A stretch of DNA of 64,000 nt, taken from positions 26,575 through 90,574 of the IMG/VR virus record IMGVR_UViG_3300010885_061525. The stretch is one strand, 5' to 3'. The number at the start of each line of letters is the position of its first letter. Within the stretch, counting starts at the first letter, position 1. The DNA comes from a virus. The position numbers were made by a program, and so were the translations under genes. The notes below the pieces were generated by a model. That model saw only the letters and a list, made by a program, of their open reading frames with translations, was not told where the DNA came from and made no database searches. Of this stretch, positions 50,683 through 59,628 are shown in pieces.

Positions 50683-52707
50683 TCAATACGCTATTGATCC
50701 GTTTGGCCCATCTGTTCTTCTAACTATAGAAGATCTGTTGTTCATAGATTGAGCGTTTTTCATTTTCTTAAGCCCTTTTCCTTGGTACATCTGGCCATTA
50801 GGGCTTCTTTGATTAGCCGCTTCCTTAGAGGAGTATCCTCCAAAGACGTGTTTTTGGGGAACCTCGACAACATTGATTGTAGCCCTGGCCGCGTCATTCG
50901 CTAATAGCAAGCTTGTAAAATGATCTTTTCTTAGTCTTAGCTTTATACCTTCTGTAACCACACCTTTTATTCTTGGGAGATCCCAAGTTTTATTACCTTT
51001 AGCTGTGGTTTGTTCTTGTATCAAGGTTGTTTGATATTTGCATTCTTCTATCTCGTATTGGATGTTTTCCAAAGACAGATCAACCATATCATCTTCATTA
51101 GAAAACATTCTTGACTGTTCTACGCCAATGGCATCATAAGCAGGAAATAATTGAGCCATAGTGGTTATATCCTTAAGAAGATTAAAATGTGCAGTCTCGT
51201 ACCAATCTCTTGATGAGAACTCTATTACCTTGATTAAATGCGCCCCTTTTCTATCAGAAACCTCCTCATCGTTGATATCAAATATGCAATATTCGTCATT
51301 TTTTAATTTTGATGAGTCTTTTAATCCTTCTACCACGGAGCGCCCTCCTCCTCCGGAGTCAAGATGTATTCTTACTATGTTAAATCTTGCACAGATTTCA
51401 TGTATTTTTCTAATAATAAACGTGTTATAGTCTTCCACCCCCTCGAATGACTGAGGCTTCTTTTTCTTTTGCGCTTCAAATTTTCTTCTATTAGTACTCC
51501 AACAAAAAACTAATGCTCTATACTCATCTGTTATTTTAACGATTGAAATAGCAAAATTGTCTCTTTCAGACGCCGGGTCTATACCCATTACATATCTATA
51601 GTTTTTTTCACCGTACTCTTCAGCGTAAAACTTCAACTCTCCACTCTGAGTTTTGATCGGACAAGTAGCCTTATGTATCGAAGAGGCGGGAAAAAAGCCA
51701 TCCGAATCCTTAGCAAAGACGCATCCGTATTCCATTTTAAAAATTGCGGAATCCATTGTTGCTCGACCTTGCTCAAGAATCGTCTTATCCATCAATCCAT
51801 TCGGCAGATACTCCCAAGGCAGTCTTATAATAGCATACTCGCAACTAGTCTTGTTTTTTGATTGTTCGTATACCAAATTGCAATAATCCTGATAGTATTT
51901 ATAAAAATGATTAAATTGATATGTAGCAGTTCCAGCTAATATAATTTGATTTCCCTCTGCCTTGCTGTCCCCTATAAATCCTTCTATAGAGTCATTATTC
52001 ATTCCTATGGCCTTTAGCGCTTCTATTTGATATTGCTGTTTTACTTTTTCAAAGGTGTTGTTGCTTTGAACGGAGGCGAATCCTCGAATAACCGTTTCAA
52101 ATATATCAGGATTGACAGATCCGAATTCGTCAACGATAATTGTGTTAGCCCTAAGACCTCTAATCTTTTCGCCTGTTCCGATTGGAATACCCATGATCCT
52201 GCTGTCGCCAATATCCCAGTGGAATCCAAGAATTCCTCTTTTTGGTCCGTTATTCGCTCCGCAGATATCCTGAAGAATTGGAGCGTTTTTCCATATATTT
52301 TCCATTGACTCAAACACTAATCCAGACTGACGCAATCCGGCTCCTGCTATGACTATTTTACTTCCTTGGTCAAGTAAAGCCTTAGTTATTGCATAACATC
52401 CCAACATGGTGGTTTTAGAACCACCTCTCGTAGCTATAAGCATTGGAAGTCTTTTAAGCCAAAGAATTTTTAATATAGCCATCTGATAAGGGAACAAATT
52501 CATGCCTAATAAAGTCTTAACGGTAAATGGCATGTAATCAATGTTTTTAAACACTTTGACTAAATCTTCAGCCACATTGTCTTTTTTAATATCTAAATCA
52601 AATGGATTATTTGTTTTTACATCAAAAGTATCGCCTATCTCTAGATAGGCGTTGTCTAAATACGATTTTATTCTGTCTTCCGACCAGGAAGTGTTTACTT
52701 GTGTCAT
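50683..52707 (-). CDS. terL: Terminase large subunit
   Basis: LFPYQ, Walker A ATRGGSKT, RGLRANTIIVDEF (Walker B), MEYGCVF, GIDPASE nuclease, RKDHFTSLLLA. Confidence 0.92.
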   Translation of the reverse strand: MTQVNTSWSEDRIKSYLDNAYLEIGDTFDVKTNNPFDLDIKKDNVAEDLVKVFKNIDYMPFTVKTLLGMNLFPYQMAILKILWLKRLPMLIATRGGSKTTMLGCYAITKALLDQGSKIVIAGAGLRQSGLVFESMENIWKNAPILQDICGANNGPKRGILGFHWDIGDSRIMGIPIGTGEKIRGLRANTIIVDEFGSVNPDIFETVIRGFASVQSNNTFEKVKQQYQIEALKAIGMNNDSIEGFIGDSKAEGNQIILAGTATYQFNHFYKYYQDYCNLVYEQSKNKTSCEYAIIRLPWEYLPNGLMDKTILEQGRATMDSAIFKMEYGCVFAKDSDGFFPASSIHKATCPIKTQSGELKFYAEEYGEKNYRYVMGIDPASERDNFAISIVKITDEYRALVFCWSTNRRKFEAQKKKKPQSFEGVEDYNTFIIRKIHEICARFNIVRIHLDSGGGGRSVVEGLKDSSKLKNDEYCIFDINDEEVSDRKGAHLIKVIEFSSRDWYETAHFNLLKDITTMAQLFPAYDAIGVEQSRMFSNEDDMVDLSLENIQYEIEECKYQTTLIQEQTTAKGNKTWDLPRIKGVVTEGIKLRLRKDHFTSLLLANDAARATINVVEVPQKHVFGGYSSKEAANQRSPNGQMYQGKGLKKMKNAQSMNNRSSIVRRTDGPNGSIAY

Positions 52708-53249
52708 TTAGTTTGAGTTTCTTCTATCAGTTGTTTAAATAGGTTGCACATATACTTTTTCGCAAAATATTTATTTGATAGAAATAGAGTCTTTATATTC
52801 CACTTATGATCTATCTCGCAAACTCTTTTAAGAATAAAGTCTGGGGAAAGAGTGAAATACTTTCCTTTTTTGGGATCTCTTATTTCATACTTCGCAAATG
52901 AATCCCTTAAGTCATCCTCTACCAATATGTAGGGTCTTTTATATTCAGCGAGCTTGTCCAGTTCTTTTTGGAATCTATCCCAGTTTTTTCCAAAGTTTCC
53001 TATGACTTCCTCTATACTATTCTTTCTTTCTATTATGATTCCGTCTTTTCCGTCATGTCCCTCAAGAGAGTAGTCTCCGCATGGAAGAGCTATGTTTTTT
53101 ATTTCCCTAACCGCAAAAAAACTTGGAAGACCATCCGAAAAATTCCACGGCTTTTTCTCTCTAGTATCAACGATTACGTTGGCGTATATTGTTTCTTTTA
53201 ATGTTTTTTGAGCCTGTCTTCTTGCGTCTGTGTATCCTTTTCGGGGCAT
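52704..53249 (-). CDS. ERCC4-domain nuclease
   Basis: IVDTREK...GDYSL...IERKN motif. Confidence 0.85.
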   Translation of the reverse strand: MPRKGYTDARRQAQKTLKETIYANVIVDTREKKPWNFSDGLPSFFAVREIKNIALPCGDYSLEGHDGKDGIIIERKNSIEEVIGNFGKNWDRFQKELDKLAEYKRPYILVEDDLRDSFAKYEIRDPKKGKYFTLSPDFILKRVCEIDHKWNIKTLFLSNKYFAKKYMCNLFKQLIEETQTK

Positions 53250-53550
53250 TCAATTTCTCACATTCTGGTTGGTTTGCATTTGCTATAACCGTTCTAAAAA
53301 ACAAAGACTCATACTGCTCTTCTTTTCCTGTTACCAAGCAGTGGTGTTTTTTACATAATGTGACGCCATTGAACACTTCAGTCCTTAGTCTATGATGGTT
53401 CGCATACTTTTTAATATGATGAACCTCTAGACTACTTCTGACTTTACAGTTTGGATATTGACACGTATAACTATCTCTTTTTAAAACAAATCTTCTGAAC
53501 GCTTTATACATCTCATTATCACGAGGATTTCTATGTTTACTTTGTCTCAC
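53167..53550 (-). CDS. HNH endonuclease
   Basis: VLKRDSYTCQ..C...EVHHI...NGVTLCKKHH. Confidence 0.88.
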   Translation of the reverse strand: MRQSKHRNPRDNEMYKAFRRFVLKRDSYTCQYPNCKVRSSLEVHHIKKYANHHRLRTEVFNGVTLCKKHHCLVTGKEEQYESLFFRTVIANANQPECEKLNAPKRIHRRKKTGSKNIKRNNIRQRNR

Positions 53551-54526
53551 TCATACTAAATACACTACTTTTATCAGCTGATTCTAGGTCGTTAAAGAAC
53601 ATCTCTGCCAAAAGCTCTTTCCATGTTATCTTGGCCTTCCATCCAAGCTTTTCCTCTGCCTTTCTTGGATCTGATATCAGCCTGTTCACTTCTGCCGGTC
53701 TAATCAGTTTTGGATCTTGATAATAAGGCTTGTCTTTTATTCCAGCTATCTCACATACATAATTAATAGCATCTTCAATTGATGCGGTGGTTCCAGTTCC
53801 TATTACATAATCGTCAGCAGAATCCTGTTGTAGCATTTTATGCATTACCTGAACATATTCCTTTGCATGACCCCAATCTCTTTGGGCATTAATATTTCCT
53901 ATACTGAATCTTTCTCCAGTTATCATGTAATTTACAACACCCCTTGTTATTTTTCTTGTTACAAAGTCTGATCCTCGTCTCGGGCTTTCATGATTAAATA
54001 AAATCCCACAGCTCGAATGTAACCCATAAGCCTCCCTGTAAAGTCCCACAATTTTATGAGCATAAAGCTTAGCGGCGGCATAAGGACTTTTGATAGAGAA
54101 TTCAGTATTTTCATTTTGTGGACCAGGGGAATTTCCAAACAACTCTGACGTAGAAGCTTGATAGAATCTTGTTAACGGGCTGTATTTTAAAATAGCGTCT
54201 AAAGCGATGATAACCGCCTCGCCATCTACCTTCAGTGTGCTTATAGGCTCCTTGAAGCTTTGACCCACATGAGACATTGCTGCTAAATTATAATATTCAT
54301 TAGGTTTTATCTCAGATATTATTTCTGCGACACCTGATGGATCAGTTATGTCTAAATTAATAAGAGTGAAGTTGGTATTGGATAAAGCCCTATCTAGATA
54401 ATCATTAGATCTCGAAGATGCTCTTCTTGAAACCCCATAAACTTTATATCCTATCTCTAAGAGATATTCTGCTAGATATGAACCATCCTGACCGTGACAC
54501 CCGGTAATTATCGCACTTTTATTCAT
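53537..54526 (-). CDS. gmd: GDP-mannose 4,6-dehydratase
   Basis: ITGCHGQDGSYLAE, NLAAMSHV, YQASTSELFG, SPYAAAK, LFNHESPRRG, RDWGHA. Confidence 0.95.
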   Translation of the reverse strand: MNKSAIITGCHGQDGSYLAEYLLEIGYKVYGVSRRASSRSNDYLDRALSNTNFTLINLDITDPSGVAEIISEIKPNEYYNLAAMSHVGQSFKEPISTLKVDGEAVIIALDAILKYSPLTRFYQASTSELFGNSPGPQNENTEFSIKSPYAAAKLYAHKIVGLYREAYGLHSSCGILFNHESPRRGSDFVTRKITRGVVNYMITGERFSIGNINAQRDWGHAKEYVQVMHKMLQQDSADDYVIGTGTTASIEDAINYVCEIAGIKDKPYYQDPKLIRPAEVNRLISDPRKAEEKLGWKAKITWKELLAEMFFNDLESADKSSVFSMSETK

Positions 54527-55346
54527 TTGTTTGTTCCATCATCCTAATAGTATCCGAATCGAGCAGCTGCGGAGCGATTTCTCCATCCATAAAAGAAACG
54601 CCGTTTCTAAGATCATCCGTCTTTTTATTCATAGATATTCTCATAAGCTCCGCCATTCTTCCTTCTTGACCTTTTGTTTTCTTAGAGTCGAATTTTTTAC
54701 ATAGGGCGAAGAATGTATCAGCTCCTATTTTACCCTTTTCTTCTCTTTGTTTTCTGGTTATGTTAAGGCTTTCACTTATTTTAGTGCTTTTTTCAAGCAG
54801 GTCTTTGTACTCTTTATTTAGATCCGTCAACCTAAGACTCGCGGCAAAAATCTTTTCGTATATAGAAGCTTCTTTTGGATTTGTAAGGTCCAAGTCTTTT
54901 ATATCTCTAATGTTGTTTTCCTTCATTAGAACGTCTCTAAGATTCACGCACTTGGAGTAGTCTGATTGATTTTTATCTATTCTAAGCTTGAGCATTATTA
55001 TTTGCTCGATGTTATTAGCTTCAGTATGATTAAGATCCTCAAGCTGGACATGATATCCAGACCAATCCTCACAAAAAGACTCCCACTCATCTTTGGTAAG
55101 AATGCCTTTTATTCTACGCCCTCGTGCGGAATTGAGTAGATCTTTTGACCAAAACGCATAATCTCTTTCCTCTTTTGATTCTACCCTACCCCCTTCTTCT
55201 ATAATACCACCGCTAAGTAATTTCTTTTTATACCTTTCAATGGTTTTTGACGAACAGTCAAGTCTTCTACCCATTTCTGCCTGTGACAAATTATCTAAAT
55301 TATCTTTTATAAATTTTATATCAGTGACTGAAAGCTTCTTATTCAC
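54519..55346 (-). CDS. Terminase small subunit (putative, N-terminal HTH)
   Basis: N-terminal HTH (LSQAEMGRRLDCSSKTIERY), helical body, upstream of terL. Confidence 0.55.
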   Translation of the reverse strand: MNKKLSVTDIKFIKDNLDNLSQAEMGRRLDCSSKTIERYKKKLLSGGIIEEGGRVESKEERDYAFWSKDLLNSARGRRIKGILTKDEWESFCEDWSGYHVQLEDLNHTEANNIEQIIMLKLRIDKNQSDYSKCVNLRDVLMKENNIRDIKDLDLTNPKEASIYEKIFAASLRLTDLNKEYKDLLEKSTKISESLNITRKQREEKGKIGADTFFALCKKFDSKKTKGQEGRMAELMRISMNKKTDDLRNGVSFMDGEIAPQLLDSDTIRMMEQTNE

Positions 55347-55926
55347 GATTCCACTCCTTCATTATTTCGCTTATTTTGGTCAAAAGTTTATTTTTATAAT
55401 ACGGAGTCACAGCCTCATCATTTATGCAGGCATTATAAATTTCCACATATGACTCATCAAGATTTTTAATGATGAAAATTTTCAATTCTTCGTACTCAAC
55501 ATCTTCGTAAACGGTTGATTTTTGAACCGAGTTAGAGTCAAAAGATTGGTTTTTATCAGGCAAAGAAGAAGCGGATCTGCTAAGACTTTGTCTTGCTGAA
55601 GAATGTTTTTCATTTACGGATAGACAATGATCTCTGTAAAAATTCTTCAGTCGATTCTTGACAATTTTGTTAAGCCATCTTTCCAACGATTTATGATGGG
55701 TAATATCCGCCTCTTTGCTCAAATCGAAAAATTTTAATTGCTGAATGCATATAAGTCTAACCTGAGACTCTATATCCTCTTCGGTCATAAATCCAAATTT
55801 TTTAGCCCTGTGAGTACGAGCTATCATCTCAATGATGTTAATTACCTCATCATAAGATATTTTTTCCTTGCCTTTTTTATTTATTTTTTTTAAAAAAGTT
55901 TTAATTGGATCTATAATTTTTCCCAC
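55339..55926 (-). CDS. Phage sigma-70-family (ECF-sized) sigma factor
   Basis: Region-2-like EEDIESQVRL...FFD...LERWLNKIVKNRLKNFYRD; region 4 short or degenerate. Confidence 0.7.
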   Translation of the reverse strand: MGKIIDPIKTFLKKINKKGKEKISYDEVINIIEMIARTHRAKKFGFMTEEDIESQVRLICIQQLKFFDLSKEADITHHKSLERWLNKIVKNRLKNFYRDHCLSVNEKHSSARQSLSRSASSLPDKNQSFDSNSVQKSTVYEDVEYEELKIFIIKNLDESYVEIYNACINDEAVTPYYKNKLLTKISEIMKEWNRE

Positions 55927-55968
55927 GATTCATTATAGATAGATGTGTATATTTTTGCGGAGTTATAT

Positions 55969-56175
55969 ATGAGCACACCAAAAAAGCGCTGGAGCGAAAT
56001 CGAAAAACACTTCTTAATTACTAACGCTGCGTCTATGAAAGACTTAGACATATCCGTTCATCTTAAAAAGAGCTTAAAATCTGTCAGAGAGATGCGAAGA
56101 AGACTTGGACTGATAAAGCTTTCTGGGCGAGGACGAGTGCAGCTCAAAGGCAGAATAGCTGTTGTTGCCGACTAA
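55969..56175 (+). CDS. Small HTH (Myb-like) DNA-binding protein
   Basis: KRWSEIEKHFL...DLDISVHLKKSLKSVREMRRRLGL; GTGTAT at 55945-55950 and GGAG SD. Confidence 0.7.
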   Translation: MSTPKKRWSEIEKHFLITNAASMKDLDISVHLKKSLKSVREMRRRLGLIKLSGRGRVQLKGRIAVVAD

Positions 56176-56197
56176 ATAAACCCCGTTATTATAAAAC

Positions 56198-56232
56198 AAA
56201 ATTCCCGGCGCTATTTCAGACCGGGAATTTTT
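56198..56232. terminator. Bidirectional terminator between convergent genes
   Basis: AAAATTCCCGG...CCGGGAATTTT inverted repeat. Confidence 0.8.
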
Positions 56233-56256
56233 CTTGTCTCGTTTGGTTTACTATTA

Positions 56257-57090
56257 TTAGGGTACTACAGCCCCAGTTTCGCCACATTTAGTGCATATGT
56301 ATTCACACGCTTTGCCATAAGTGTGTTTTCCGGTAGCTCCCTTATGACATTTATTTGATGACGGATAATCTTTTGTTAATTCTGCGCAAGCGCTTTTAAA
56401 CCTCTTCTTTCTTGCCTCTTCTGCTTTATTAGCCTCTATTGAGTTATTAGATGATGCTATTTGAAAAGGTTTGCATCCTGCAGCATAAAGCTCGGCCAAT
56501 CTTGACTGTTCTAATAAGAAAGCCAATCTTCTTTCGTTAAATTCACAATTGCATCTTACTTTATTAATAATACAATTTCTTTGTAATGTTTGATCTATCC
56601 TGGCTGGCTGTAGTTGCTCGGGAGGACCAACTCCTTCCGATTTATGTAGGATCGATCCTCCCGCAGATCCCTGACTAATATAATTATCTAAGCGTGCGTT
56701 TAAACAATTTTCAAAATTGTATCCTGGATCGTCGGAAGATAAACACTGACCTTTACAGGCGCTCAAGTGACCCTTCAGTGCTGTATAGTATCTATTTATG
56801 GATGAACATTTGGCTGCTGAATCATATCCCGCGTCTCCTGTAGGAGAAAATATACTAATCTTAGGCCAAACAGAACGATTAATCGGTTGTCCGTCGCACC
56901 CCATTACACTTGCAGGCGGGGGTGGCGGAGGTGGAGCGGGCTGACCTGCCGGCTGGGTTGGAGCAGTTGGTCTTCGTGACGGTTTTGGGATGGATCCAGG
57001 CCTTGTGTCAGGACTCGGTGGAGGATCCTCCGCAGCGTAAGCCTTCATTGCAAGACCCAGTTTTTCAAGTATGTTTTTAAATTTATTCAT
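56257..57090 (-). CDS. Cys-rich orphan with leader and poly-Pro linker
   Basis: MNKFKNILEKLGLAMKAYAAEDPPPSP...PPPPPPP; about 14 Cys. Confidence 0.75.
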   Translation of the reverse strand: MNKFKNILEKLGLAMKAYAAEDPPPSPDTRPGSIPKPSRRPTAPTQPAGQPAPPPPPPPASVMGCDGQPINRSVWPKISIFSPTGDAGYDSAAKCSSINRYYTALKGHLSACKGQCLSSDDPGYNFENCLNARLDNYISQGSAGGSILHKSEGVGPPEQLQPARIDQTLQRNCIINKVRCNCEFNERRLAFLLEQSRLAELYAAGCKPFQIASSNNSIEANKAEEARKKRFKSACAELTKDYPSSNKCHKGATGKHTYGKACEYICTKCGETGAVVP

Positions 57091-57103
57091 GTTTATATAT
57101 TCT

Positions 57104-57490
57104 TTACATTATAGACTGAAGATCATCCCAATTCTTACTGCTGTATCGGCCCGTATAATCTGAAATCTTCGCAACTAAATAACGAGCCTCCAAACCCCAC
57201 CCTTTTTCGCTCATCTTATTCAAAATAAAACCCAACCTACCATTATCCATTATATGCCGCAGCATTCTTACGTTGATGTAGGTAAACGTTTTGTCCCGAA
57301 CATCTATCTCTACTGTCGGCATTTCTATGAAATCATTAAATAGATTTCGCACATCTTCTTTCGCACCCTCAAATATATCTACTATGTTCACTGAGAAATC
57401 ATCTGAATTATCTCTAGGGGGCATTACAGCATTGTCAAGTCTTATTCCTATCGCTTGATCTTTCAGTAGGCCGATCAGCTTGCTTTTTAT
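57104..57490 (-). CDS. Hypothetical protein, start uncertain
   Basis: Open frame; the natural coupled start overlapping the upstream stop reads ATA (IKSKLIGLLKDQAIG), otherwise an internal ATG. Confidence 0.45.
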   Translation of the reverse strand: MKSKLIGLLKDQAIGIRLDNAVMPPRDNSDDFSVNIVDIFEGAKEDVRNLFNDFIEMPTVEIDVRDKTFTYINVRMLRHIMDNGRLGFILNKMSEKGWGLEARYLVAKISDYTGRYSSKNWDDLQSIM

Positions 57491-58215
57491 GCAACACCGC
57501 TTATAAAAACGTGACATTTGGTAACTGCTATGTAGTGAGTCTTTGTTCCGCATTTGACTGAAAAAATGCCTGTGAAATTTGGATTAGATTCTAATGTTTT
57601 AATAAACACATCTTTAGCATTTTGACAGATGTATTTCCACTTCTTAAAGGCGTCCGGCGTCATATAATGTTTGACTTTGCGTCTCTCGCTTTGAGGAAAA
57701 CCCAAAGCCTTAAGAGTTTCGTCTCGAGATATACCTGTGAAACTACCTGCTGCTATTGGTCTATTTCCACAAAGACCATTTAAGCGATTTAGCCGAGCAG
57801 TAAGGGCTGCGCAACTTGAAAAGGGGTCTACACCATTTTCAGCATTCCAACAACTAAACTGCATCTTACGAATAGCCTGTGCTGCGGGTCCGCTAATACT
57901 ACATACCCCTCTGTCGATTGTAGATGGTGAGGATCCGGCAGGAGTTTCTTCGGTTCTGTTCAATATTACAGCCCAAACCGCCTGTCTATCAAGATCGGAA
58001 CAGCCTGCGGCTTCTCCGCAAACGGTTGCTCTAATTATATCCCCCTCTGAAAATCCACAGCAGATAGCAGTGGTGTCTCGATCAATACTCCAAGGAACGT
58101 CACTGGGAACAACTTCGGTGTCAACCCCCGGTGTTTGTTGAATACTATTATCGTTTGGAGGGGCCATGCCCATAGCGAGTTGTAGTTTACTTAGTACTTT
58201 ATTTAGATTTTTCAT
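57487..58215 (-). CDS. SleB/CwlJ-like cell wall hydrolase (Hydrolase_2) with leader
   Basis: IIRATVCGEAAG...QAVWAVILNR...QFSCWN is the SleB catalytic signature; leader MKNLNKVLSKLQLAMGMA. Confidence 0.8.
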   Translation of the reverse strand: MKNLNKVLSKLQLAMGMAPPNDNSIQQTPGVDTEVVPSDVPWSIDRDTTAICCGFSEGDIIRATVCGEAAGCSDLDRQAVWAVILNRTEETPAGSSPSTIDRGVCSISGPAAQAIRKMQFSCWNAENGVDPFSSCAALTARLNRLNGLCGNRPIAAGSFTGISRDETLKALGFPQSERRKVKHYMTPDAFKKWKYICQNAKDVFIKTLESNPNFTGIFSVKCGTKTHYIAVTKCHVFISGVA

Positions 58216-58220
58216 GATTA

Positions 58221-58781
58221 TTATTTTAGTGTTAAAAGATATCTGGTATGCTGAACAAGACCAAGCATTTCGTCTCTTATGTTAAGAAGAGCTGTTTCTT
58301 GATCTCCTAGATCGCCTTGAATTTGATTTTTGAATATGTCCTCAAGTTTATCGAGAACTGTTGTAGGATCACCGTCTGCGGAGACGGAAAGGTTCGACAC
58401 AGTCTTAAGAAGATCTCTGCTTTTTGCCCCAATATAAGTCTCTACAAAGTTATCTATAAGACCATCAAGCTGGCCATAAGCTTCTCCAAGAGCCTCATGT
58501 TGAGAAAATGAAGTAGCATTCCAATGAAGAAGATGCAAACTAACATGAGATTCAAGTAAACCCGTTAGAAATTCGCCCTCGGATCCCCCTCCTCCTACCA
58601 GAGGATCAGTTTCTGGAGCAGAGTCAGAAGGAATATTCGTGGCGTCGTTTTCGATAGCATTAGGATCAAACTCCATCTGCTGTTGGTTTGGATCGGCTAT
58701 ATCTTCGAAGGCAGATATGGCTCTTTTAAAGAGTCCCCGTCCCGCTATTTGTTTGTTTAAATTTGATATACTTCGTTTCAT
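58221..58781 (-). CDS. Ferritin/Dps-like four-helix protein with N-terminal extension
   Basis: HLLHWNATSFSQHEALGEAYGQLDGLIDNFVETYIG...LLNIRDEML...YLLTLK. Confidence 0.8.
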   Translation of the reverse strand: MKRSISNLNKQIAGRGLFKRAISAFEDIADPNQQQMEFDPNAIENDATNIPSDSAPETDPLVGGGGSEGEFLTGLLESHVSLHLLHWNATSFSQHEALGEAYGQLDGLIDNFVETYIGAKSRDLLKTVSNLSVSADGDPTTVLDKLEDIFKNQIQGDLGDQETALLNIRDEMLGLVQHTRYLLTLK

Positions 58782-58805
58782 GATATTTGTCCATACACTT
58801 AAAAT

Positions 58806-59600
58806 TTACGCCTGCGCTCCGCCAGCTTCAACGGCGTTCATAACACAAGCAATTATATCTCGCCATAAATCACGCCAAAACTTATCATAGGCACCTTCGT
58901 CAAAGATTGTGCCGGCAAGATCTGGTTTCGCTATTAAGAAAAAGAATTTGAACTCTCTAAGAACATGATTTAGCATATAAAGGCTGTTTTTAAGACAAAT
59001 TTGGCAGCTACTATCATCTTCTTCGTGGGTCTTATCGAAGAGTCCGTCAAAAACACGCATTTCGTTAACTCCAAACCATGGATTATCAGATCCTTCGAAG
59101 TGCCTGATTTTATCCTTATATTCTGTCATTAATAGAGGGTTTGGAGACAGGCAACCACTCGTTATCCCGCTTTTAACGTACTCGCAAACACGTTTAAAAA
59201 CCCCTCTAACAAAAGCTCCTTCGTTTTTGAAAAATTTCGCAGCATTTTCCGATAAGGAATCAACGCATGTGATTGTAATCTCCATTTGATCATCTCCTGG
59301 AAGATTAGGAAACATACGTTTCTCCGAAAAGCACACGCAAGGCCAATCGTTAAGATTTCCCAAAAACCCTCTATCATTACAAAGAGGGTCATCAGAACGA
59401 CTAGGAGGACTAAGCTTATTTAAATACTCAGAAAAAGGTCGGCAAGTCAGATCATAAGTGACGTCATCTTGTATCTCGGTGTTCTGAACCACTGCAGGCT
59501 TAACAGCAGGCTTAACAACAACGTCATCAATCTGAGTTTTCGATACACCCAAGGCAAATGACAATCGGTCCAATATTGTTTTTTTATTCGTATAAGCCAT
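58806..59600 (-). CDS. Cys-containing orphan, leader-family paralog B1
   Basis: NKKTILDRLSFALGVS; collinear with neighbour (TCxPFSEYL, SGCLxPNPxLM, DLxGTIF, IIAC). Confidence 0.8.
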   Translation of the reverse strand: MAYTNKKTILDRLSFALGVSKTQIDDVVVKPAVKPAVVQNTEIQDDVTYDLTCRPFSEYLNKLSPPSRSDDPLCNDRGFLGNLNDWPCVCFSEKRMFPNLPGDDQMEITITCVDSLSENAAKFFKNEGAFVRGVFKRVCEYVKSGITSGCLSPNPLLMTEYKDKIRHFEGSDNPWFGVNEMRVFDGLFDKTHEEDDSSCQICLKNSLYMLNHVLREFKFFFLIAKPDLAGTIFDEGAYDKFWRDLWRDIIACVMNAVEAGGAQA

Positions 59601-59628
59601 AGTTAATTACCCAGACACTTAAAATTTA

